The notes under the pieces: model-generated
Database searches by the model: none
Told to the model about the DNA's origin: nothing
What the model saw: only the letters and a program-made list of their open reading frames with translations
Source of the DNA: Candidatus Woesearchaeota archaeon
Lineage (GTDB): Archaea > Nanobdellota > Nanobdellia > Woesearchaeales > WJKR01
NCBI GenBank assembly: GCA_014729015.1
Contig: WJKR01000009.1
Location: 1 to 42,149 of the forward strand
Reading direction: 5' to 3'
Length of the DNA: 42,149 nucleotides
Translations under genes and position numbers: made by a program
In this document: positions 32,254 through 40,049 of the stretch, piece by piece
Position numbering within the stretch: the first letter of the stretch is position 1
Layout of the letters: every line of letters starts with the position of its first letter

Positions 32254-33116
32254 TCTGCGAAGTGCTGGTGCGTGAACCTGACGGTGCGCATGTTGTGGTC
32301 GATGTCTTTCTTCAGGCTGTTGATGCTGTGGAAGTGGTTGTCGACGTGCTCGTTGTCCGAGAAGATGCTCTCGCTCTCTTCGCGCTTGCCGAACACGGTC
32401 TGCTCGAGCATGACCGGGATTTGCTTGAGGTATTCCCAGTCTTTCTTTGTCATCTTCTTGTGGGGCATCTCATTGATGACGTCGACGATGTTCTCCAGCT
32501 TCTTGCAGATGTCCCGATAGCACAATATCTCCTCGTCGTACGTGATGTTGTTCTCCCTCCGCACCTTGTGGTTGCGCAACGAGGCGAAGATGATCCTTTT
32601 CGAAAGGATGTAGAGCTTGTCCACGGACATCTCGATGTCGTCGACCGTCTCTTGCTTGCCTTGCTCCGCCGCTTCGATCATGAGTTTGGACAGGTAGATT
32701 ATGCGACGCATGATTTTTTGCAAGGTGATGTTGAACTCGTTGAACAAGAATGCTACTTCTAGGTGGCCGTCTCCTTCTTGGACGACGTCGTAGCCTTCGA
32801 GGTAGGGGAGTGTTTTTTTGAGTTCCATTACTTTTTCGTAATCGTATTCTTCCCAGAAGAAGCGGATGTTGTTCACGTTCTTCTCATAGCAGTACATGAT
32901 GAAGTCCGTGATGTTCTTGATGCCTTCCAGCTTGAACGAGACGCTCTCTTGTTCTTGCTGCGGCTGGTTGCCTGCGGTGATGATGAGTGTGTTATCGGGT
33001 GCTTCGTTGATGCAGATGGTGTCTTGTGCTTTGAGCTTGTTGCGCACCACCCATTCTTTTGGGAGTGATGTTGCGAAGCTCCTGTTCCCCACCACCTGAA
33101 TCTTCCTCACTTCCAT
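32250..33116 (-). CDS. AbrB/SpoVT-domain + PhoU-domain regulator (archaeal phosphate-uptake-regulator type)
   Basis: 288 aa. MEVRKIQVVGNRSFATSLPKEWVVRNKLKAQD is an AbrB-like swapped-hairpin N-terminus. It is followed by PhoU-like helical repeats. Confidence 0.75.
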   Translation of the reverse strand: MEVRKIQVVGNRSFATSLPKEWVVRNKLKAQDTICINEAPDNTLIITAGNQPQQEQESVSFKLEGIKNITDFIMYCYEKNVNNIRFFWEEYDYEKVMELKKTLPYLEGYDVVQEGDGHLEVAFLFNEFNITLQKIMRRIIYLSKLMIEAAEQGKQETVDDIEMSVDKLYILSKRIIFASLRNHKVRRENNITYDEEILCYRDICKKLENIVDVINEMPHKKMTKKDWEYLKQIPVMLEQTVFGKREESESIFSDNEHVDNHFHSINSLKKDIDHNMRTVRFTHQHFAD

Positions 33117-33539
33117 GGTATAGAACCTTTTTGTTGAAGTATATAAATTTTTTTATAAAAAAATAGTTTTTTGTTAATTGTTGTTTGCTAGTTTCTTATG
33201 TAATATATAAAAAAATATAAATGGCTGCTATATAATTTCTTTACTTTTTTTTAGTTCCAACCATCCCAGAGATCATCAGTATCAATAACACGTACGTCTA
33301 ATATTTGAATAGTATACGCGTCGAGAAAGTTAATATCCTCATCCATAAGTAGCTGGCCTTCTTTCGTCCTGTATAAAAGCATTCTTTACCACCCTATAAA
33401 AGTCTGTATTTACCACCCTTTGCCCAATGCATAAAATAATAAGCTGAGGAACTATGTTACACAAAAAAAAGTAGTCACTTGCTCTATACCTTTATTGAAT
33501 ACGAATCTTTAAATACGATGTTCTGTCCTCACATCACGG

Positions 33540-35693
33540 GTGATTCCTTTCAAAAAAATTCTTGTGACCTCGGCATTGCCGTACGTGAACAACGTGCCGC
33601 ACCTCGGCAACCTCATCGGAGCAGTCCTGTCGGCAGACGTGTATGCGCGTTTCGCCAAGTCCTATTATGGTGAAGAGAACGTGCTGTATATTTGCGGTGC
33701 TGATGAGCACGGCACGACGACCGAGATGAAGGCGAAGGAAGAAGGATTGTCGCCGCAACAGCTCTGCGACAAGTATTACAAGATCCACAAGGACATCTAT
33801 GACTGGTTCAGTATCGATTTTGACATCTTTGGCAGGACCGCGCATCCGACCCAGGTCAAGAATGCTCAGGCCATTTTTACCAAGCTGTACGACAACGGCT
33901 ACGTCGTCGAGGACGAATTGGAGCAGACCTATGATGAGCAGGCAAAACAATTCCTCGCTGACCGCTATGTTGAGGGGACGTGTCCGCACTGCAAGTTCGA
34001 AGGCGCGCGCGGCGACCAATGCGATGGCTGCGGCAAGATGCTGAATCCGAAAGAGTTGCTTAACCCTGTTTCAAAAATTACTGGTACGACGCCGGTGATC
34101 AAGAAGGTCAAGCATTTATTCTTGGACTTGGAGAAACTGCAGCCTTTGCTAGAAGCATGGGTGAATGAGCAATCAGTGGCGGGCGCGTGGGCCACGAACG
34201 CGAAGAACGTCACCCAGGGCTGGCTCAAGGAAGGATTGAAGAAAAGATGTATTACTCGCGATCTCAAATGGGGCATTCCTGTTCCTTTGCAAGGGTGGGA
34301 AAACAAGATTATTTACGTTTGGTTTGAGGCTCCCATAGGGTATATCTCCATCACTGAACAATTGCTCGGGGAAAAGTATGATGAGTGGTGGCAAAATCCT
34401 GAGCATGTCAGGCTCGTCCAGTTCATGGGCAAAGACAACATTCCGTTCCACACCATCTTGTTCCCAGCGACATTACTTGGTACAAAAGACCAATGGACCT
34501 TGGTGCATCATCTCTCAAGTACTGATTACTTGAACTATGAGGACGGCAAGTTCTCGAAATCAAACAAGCTTGGCGTGTTCGGTGATGACGCGCAAAAGAC
34601 TGGTCTGCCAGCAGACACGTTCAGGTATTACCTCTTGTCTGTCCGGCCAGAGACCTCTGACACCCAGTTCAGCTGGCATGACTTCGGCGAGCACGTGAAC
34701 AACGAGCTCGTCGCGACATTAGGCAATCTCATCAACCGGACGTTGGTGTTCATCAGGAATTATGCTGACAGTAAAATTGCTGAACAAGTTCCACCTGATC
34801 CTTTCTGGGACTCTGTCAAGAAGAAAGAGACTACCGTGACACGATTATTGGAACAAGTGAAGCTTCGTGATGGTTTGCAGGCGGTCATGGATGTCGCGCG
34901 AGAAGGCAATCAATACTTTCAAGCAGCGCAGCCATGGAAGACCATCAAGGAAAAACCGGAACAAGCGCACCGATCATTGTATTACTTGGCGCACCTGTGC
35001 AAAGACCTCGCCATCTTGTTGCAACCATTCTTGCCAAGCACGAGCAAGAGCATCTTCTCGCAACTAGGCATCGAGGAAAGAGCATGGGACGACCTTGGCG
35101 TGTTGGACCTCGGCGGCCAAATCATTAAGGAACCACGACACCTCTTCAAGACCATAAAAGAGGAAAGGATCGAGGAGTTGCGCGAGCGGTTCAGCGGCAA
35201 GCAAGGAACAACGCCTGAGGACGCGTTCAAGACGTTTGACTTGCGCGTCGCGAAGATAACGCGGGTGGAGCAGCACCCGGACGCCGAGAAGTTGTACGTC
35301 GAGACGCTCGATGTCGGCTCTTTAGGGGAAAAGAAGATCGTGTCAGGCCTGAAAGGCCATTATGCGCCTGAGGACTTGGTAGGCAAGCACATCATCTTGG
35401 TCGCGAACCTCAAACCAGCGAAGCTGCGCGGCGTGGTGAGCCAAGGCATGCTCTTGGCGGCAGAGGACGACAACGACAACGTCGGGCTGGTGCTAGCACC
35501 CCATGCGAAGCCAGGGGACGCCGTCACCCTGCCCGGCATGACGCCCAACCCGAAGGGGCAGGTAGACATCAAGGCGTTCTTCAGCGTGACCATCGACGCC
35601 GCCAAGGACGGCGCGTCAGTGGGTGGCAAGCCGTTGCTCGCCGCAGACGAGCCAGTGGTCATCGACAAGGGCGTCGTCGGGCAAGTCCGCTGA
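33540..35693 (+). CDS. metG: methionyl-tRNA synthetase with a C-terminal Trbp111/EMAP-like tRNA-binding domain
   Basis: 717 aa. ALPYVNNVPHLGNL (HIGH variant), CPHC...CDGC zinc knuckles, KFSKSN (KMSKS) and C-terminal DLRVAKITRVEQHPDAEKLYVETLDVG. GTG start 24 nt after TTTAAATA. Confidence 0.95.
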   Translation: MIPFKKILVTSALPYVNNVPHLGNLIGAVLSADVYARFAKSYYGEENVLYICGADEHGTTTEMKAKEEGLSPQQLCDKYYKIHKDIYDWFSIDFDIFGRTAHPTQVKNAQAIFTKLYDNGYVVEDELEQTYDEQAKQFLADRYVEGTCPHCKFEGARGDQCDGCGKMLNPKELLNPVSKITGTTPVIKKVKHLFLDLEKLQPLLEAWVNEQSVAGAWATNAKNVTQGWLKEGLKKRCITRDLKWGIPVPLQGWENKIIYVWFEAPIGYISITEQLLGEKYDEWWQNPEHVRLVQFMGKDNIPFHTILFPATLLGTKDQWTLVHHLSSTDYLNYEDGKFSKSNKLGVFGDDAQKTGLPADTFRYYLLSVRPETSDTQFSWHDFGEHVNNELVATLGNLINRTLVFIRNYADSKIAEQVPPDPFWDSVKKKETTVTRLLEQVKLRDGLQAVMDVAREGNQYFQAAQPWKTIKEKPEQAHRSLYYLAHLCKDLAILLQPFLPSTSKSIFSQLGIEERAWDDLGVLDLGGQIIKEPRHLFKTIKEERIEELRERFSGKQGTTPEDAFKTFDLRVAKITRVEQHPDAEKLYVETLDVGSLGEKKIVSGLKGHYAPEDLVGKHIILVANLKPAKLRGVVSQGMLLAAEDDNDNVGLVLAPHAKPGDAVTLPGMTPNPKGQVDIKAFFSVTIDAAKDGASVGGKPLLAADEPVVIDKGVVGQVR

Positions 35694-35777
35694 TGCCCGT
35701 CGTACACCATAGAAAACTATATAAATGCCGGGTTCGGGGGTAATCCTTGTATTTTCATACGAGAAAGAGGTGGCTCT

Positions 35778-38700
35778 GTGAGGAAAGCAGCGGCGTTACG
35801 ACCACTCATCATTTGCTGTTGTATATTCCTCTTGCTCCTCTCCTTTGCCGCAGGTGACCCCTCACTATCATCCGCGGACTTCGTCTGGGCCAGTCCGAGC
35901 GGCGGCTTCGAGAACATCGTGTACCTCAACCCCGACGTGCCCTCATCGGCCATGATACTCTTCACCTTCGCGGACGAGGACAACATCAGCACGATCCTCG
36001 TCGACTACGCGATGGCGAATCCCACCGCTGATCCGAGCACGATGCGAGAAGAAATCCAGACCGATGATCAATGCCTCACGGGCAGCAGCGGATTGACGTG
36101 CAAGACCCACGTGTTCGTCATCAACACCGACCAATCATCAGTGCCAATCAACTTCACCGTCACCCTAGACAACGGGACGACGCTGCCCTACAGGAAGGAC
36201 TACACGTTCATCGTCGACGGCACGTCGCCGGAAGTCACCTTCCTCGGCACGGACGCCTGTGCGGGCGGCGTCTGCTACATCGGCACGCACGACACGAAGG
36301 TGCGGGCGGACATGCAGGACGACAAGGCGAGCTTCCACAAGATGCACATCGCATTCGCCGTCGGCAACGACCACGAGCCGGCCTTCTCCTGCGACGGCCT
36401 GTCCTGCTGGGCGTTTGTCAGAACCGATTGTCAGGACGGCGACCAGGTACGAGCGGCAATCGATCCTTTTGACACGGGCCCGAGCAGGGACGACGCGGGG
36501 AACGCGTTGACCGGGCTGCTGACCGCTGACCTGACCTGTGACGCTCTTGAGCCGACGCTTGTCGGCACACCGGTCATCACGGTCGCTCGTGACATGCCGA
36601 CCGAGAACCCGGAGGCTCCGAGCGCGCTCCCTTTCGTTTCCATCGGCGACATCGTGACCGTGACGTTCGTTGTCCGTGAGGAGACGAGCCCGTCCGTGTC
36701 GGCCACGATCGACCTCTCCTCGCTCGGCGGCGAAGAGGTGGCTGCTGCTTGCCAGCAGGACGCTACGGATACGGCGTTGTGGGAGTGCACGGCGTCGTTC
36801 ACCGTGAACTTGCAAGAGCCGGTGCGTGACGTGTCCTTGCCGATCATCGTCGCTGACGTCGTGAACAACACGGACATCTTCGAGGACGCCGTCGCGTTCG
36901 GCGTTGTCGGCGTGATAGGGGAGGCGCCGGATGATTGGCGTTCCATCACCGATTCGAGGACGATGGCCGCGAACAAGGGCTACTTGCACTACACCCCGAA
37001 GGATTTCTTCCTGCCGTTGACCTTGTCGCCGAAGACGCCCGGGGCGACGCTCTTGGATGTCAAGGCCGTGCAGTCGCCGTGCAAGCCGGTCGAGGATGAT
37101 GATGGCTTCTTGTTGGGGTCGGCCAGCGATATGCGCGTGGAAGTGGTCTCTTTCAGTCGTCGGGGCGTGTTGCTCAGGGGCATGCTCAACACCGGCAGCC
37201 ATTACGATAATGAGAACTTGACCGAGTTGCAGTACGTCTGCCAGCTGGACATCCAGACGTTGCGCGGCGAGTACGTGCCGTTGCAACGGGAGCAGGAGAA
37301 CTTCACTGTGACGATCGAATTGCACGATTCCAACACCATGGGCGAGCAGGTGCAACGGGAGATCGAGGATGTACTGGCTGCGTCGGAGGCGAAGATGGAG
37401 TCGATACGGACGTTGCAGAACATATTCAACGTACTTAAATCGACATGCACTATTTTCAGCTTGCCGAAGAGCATCGGCGGCGCATTATCTGCTGCGAGCG
37501 CGCCTTTGAAGATGGTGACGGTGACGAGGCCTGCGGGGTTAGCGATGGATACCGCGAGCGCTACCATACAAGGGACGGTTGAGGGTTTGGAGATCGTTCA
37601 GCAGGTGTGTAATTTCTTGTCGTGCGACGGCTCGCTGTACTCCAAGGCGTTGGGCAACACCGGTGTCGCTGACGTGTTGGACACCGTTGCGAAGGCGGCT
37701 GGCCAGCCGAACTTCCAAGCGACCATGAACCCTTATGACAGCTGGGTCAATGCCGCGTTGATGGGGTGCATGCCTGCCATTACGTACCATGTGGAGCGCT
37801 ACCAGGCGATTGAGTGCAACTACATCGCTTGTCTTTCCAAGGGTGTGATTGAGGGTACGGAGACGATCAAGAGCTGCCAGGACGCGCGTGGGTTTGCGAA
37901 GTGCACGTTCGTCATGGGCGGCGTCCTGAACGGCATCCCCTTCGCTAGCCTGCTCAAGGACGTCATGAACCAGCTAGTCGAGGTCGCCTCCGACCCGGTA
38001 AGCCTGTTCTCCGTCGCCGGGCTGTCCATCCCGTGCCTCGCGGAGGACGCGGTTGACGCTACCGGAGTGGTGGGTGCGTTGTGCCGCGCGTCTGCCGGCG
38101 TGTCCGGGTTCATCGAGGCGGTGAACACCATCAACCAGATTGGCAACCAGGTCTCCCGGGCGTTCACGTTCAGCAGCGGCTTGGACGCGTGCAGCACGGT
38201 GCGGCAGAACATCGACTCGACGACGAAGTACTGGAATTATTACAACGATCCGACCGGTCGTGCAGGACCTGACATGTTCCGGCAGTATGACCCTTTTGAC
38301 GAGGATCAGAACCAGGTGGGCGCGTCGCAGTGCTCGCCGTACACTGGCTGCACGACCACCATACAGGACGAGGACGGTCGTCAGCACACCATGACCATGC
38401 TTCCTGACGGGAATGATGGCTTCAGCGTGTACGTGGATGCTCGTGGCGTCTCGCCCTACGCGGCGAAGGGGTCCAAGTATGATCCTCTTGGGAGCGACCC
38501 CGAGAGCTATGCGGGGATACGCGGGAAAATTGTTCCTATAAGTGATGATGGAAAAACTGATAATGGTATAGTATTCCGAACAGTTGATAATCAGAATTAT
38601 TATTTTAATACTGAAGGGTTAGGGCAGTACTTCATGGATGAGAATGACAACTTGATTTTTGATCCGGAGAGTATGGGCTACGCCATAAAGCAAGGCGTGG

Positions 38701-40049
38701 ACTCGGCGAAGCAATATGATGACGACATGCAGCGACACCTCGACGATCCGAAGTATGCTGGTTTCCTCCGCTCCTACGAGCAGTACATGGAGGGCCTGCG
38801 GCATTACGCCGACGCCATTTCCGAGGCCGTTGTCAAGGAGCAAGAGGCGGACGCCGCGTACCAAAGCCTGCAAGCATATGATCGGAACGTGCGGAGGCGC
38901 GACCGGCAGAACACAAAGCTGGCAAAGTTCAAAGAGGACTTGCTCGAGCAGTACGATGATGCTGATACGGATGAAGCGACGAAAGCGGCCATCGAAAAGA
39001 TGATTAATCCTAGTAATGGAAAGCTTCGTGAGGATGGCATTAGGCACCCAGACTTCGAGAGCATGGGCTTACAGGCGATCAAGGATCTCAGCAAGGAGTT
39101 CAGGAAGGGGGCTGGCTTGCTCGATAGGAGGGATGCGTATCAGGCGAGCATTGATCAAGCAGATGAGTATATAGAAGAGTATATAGTAAAAAGCGTTGAG
39201 GAGGATCAGGGAAGCCGCATCTTTGGTCGCGAAACGGAGGACGGCCAGCTTGTTGCGGTCTTTATCGAGAGTGATGGAGAGGTGGAACGCGTCGAAGTCA
39301 GTTATGATACTTATAAAGGACCTGCTAAGGCTGCTGCCCGTGAGGAGCGCAAGAAACAGCAAATAATAAAGAAGGAGAACAAGAAGCGGATGAACAAGGC
39401 GCAGGCGGCGCTGGAGACGCAGAAGCACGTCCTGGACAACTGGCGCGGCGCGGCGAACATCGCCGCTTCATACCATCGGTTGACGAGGAACGTGAACACG
39501 TTCACGAACTTCTTGGAAGAGGACCTCGGCGTGTGCATGTTCTGCCACTTCAACTACTTGCCAGAAGAGATGATAGACCGCTTCCAGGACTTCCTGGACG
39601 GCGGGTTGACCGAGAGGATCTGCAAGCCGAAGCTGGGCAAGGGCTCAGGCGCGTTGATGGTGAACAGGATTGCTTCAGGCTACGTCAGCGCCGCGCACCT
39701 CGAAGGCATTGGTATCAGCCACTCGCTCGACGACAACAACTTCACGTACCGGTTGCACGTGTACGTTGCGCACGCGGCAGCGACGGAGGAGAACTTGTCG
39801 TTCAGCATTGTGCTCAAGGACACCGACACAGGAACGCACGAGCGTGTCGAGCTTGACGGCGAGGACGTGTTCGTCGTCGAGCAAGGAGAAGAGTTCAAGC
39901 GCACCAAGGGACGATTCGTGAGCTATAACACCGATGAGTTCTATGACCGGGTGTGCCTGCGCTTCCATAACGAGAATCTGCAGCGATGGTTCGACGTCGT
40001 GCGCAAGAAGAACCGCAACGAGTTCTGCAGGGAGTTGGAAGAAGGATGA
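35778..40049 (+). CDS. giant secreted protein (1423 aa), function unknown
   Basis: GTG start with GAGGTGG upstream. Signal peptide MRKAAALRPLIICCCIFLLLLSFAAG. A beta-rich N-half, a Cys-rich helical middle (about residues 540-810), a coiled-coil/acidic segment and a Cys-containing C-terminal domain. Confidence 0.8.
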   Translation: MRKAAALRPLIICCCIFLLLLSFAAGDPSLSSADFVWASPSGGFENIVYLNPDVPSSAMILFTFADEDNISTILVDYAMANPTADPSTMREEIQTDDQCLTGSSGLTCKTHVFVINTDQSSVPINFTVTLDNGTTLPYRKDYTFIVDGTSPEVTFLGTDACAGGVCYIGTHDTKVRADMQDDKASFHKMHIAFAVGNDHEPAFSCDGLSCWAFVRTDCQDGDQVRAAIDPFDTGPSRDDAGNALTGLLTADLTCDALEPTLVGTPVITVARDMPTENPEAPSALPFVSIGDIVTVTFVVREETSPSVSATIDLSSLGGEEVAAACQQDATDTALWECTASFTVNLQEPVRDVSLPIIVADVVNNTDIFEDAVAFGVVGVIGEAPDDWRSITDSRTMAANKGYLHYTPKDFFLPLTLSPKTPGATLLDVKAVQSPCKPVEDDDGFLLGSASDMRVEVVSFSRRGVLLRGMLNTGSHYDNENLTELQYVCQLDIQTLRGEYVPLQREQENFTVTIELHDSNTMGEQVQREIEDVLAASEAKMESIRTLQNIFNVLKSTCTIFSLPKSIGGALSAASAPLKMVTVTRPAGLAMDTASATIQGTVEGLEIVQQVCNFLSCDGSLYSKALGNTGVADVLDTVAKAAGQPNFQATMNPYDSWVNAALMGCMPAITYHVERYQAIECNYIACLSKGVIEGTETIKSCQDARGFAKCTFVMGGVLNGIPFASLLKDVMNQLVEVASDPVSLFSVAGLSIPCLAEDAVDATGVVGALCRASAGVSGFIEAVNTINQIGNQVSRAFTFSSGLDACSTVRQNIDSTTKYWNYYNDPTGRAGPDMFRQYDPFDEDQNQVGASQCSPYTGCTTTIQDEDGRQHTMTMLPDGNDGFSVYVDARGVSPYAAKGSKYDPLGSDPESYAGIRGKIVPISDDGKTDNGIVFRTVDNQNYYFNTEGLGQYFMDENDNLIFDPESMGYAIKQGVDSAKQYDDDMQRHLDDPKYAGFLRSYEQYMEGLRHYADAISEAVVKEQEADAAYQSLQAYDRNVRRRDRQNTKLAKFKEDLLEQYDDADTDEATKAAIEKMINPSNGKLREDGIRHPDFESMGLQAIKDLSKEFRKGAGLLDRRDAYQASIDQADEYIEEYIVKSVEEDQGSRIFGRETEDGQLVAVFIESDGEVERVEVSYDTYKGPAKAAAREERKKQQIIKKENKKRMNKAQAALETQKHVLDNWRGAANIAASYHRLTRNVNTFTNFLEEDLGVCMFCHFNYLPEEMIDRFQDFLDGGLTERICKPKLGKGSGALMVNRIASGYVSAAHLEGIGISHSLDDNNFTYRLHVYVAHAAATEENLSFSIVLKDTDTGTHERVELDGEDVFVVEQGEEFKRTKGRFVSYNTDEFYDRVCLRFHNENLQRWFDVVRKKNRNEFCRELEEG

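Noticed and set aside
36165-37355. 396-aa minus-strand ORF inside the giant gene
   Set aside because: Arg/His/Val-rich shadow frame opposite a continuous 1423-codon ORF that has a signal peptide and an RBS.
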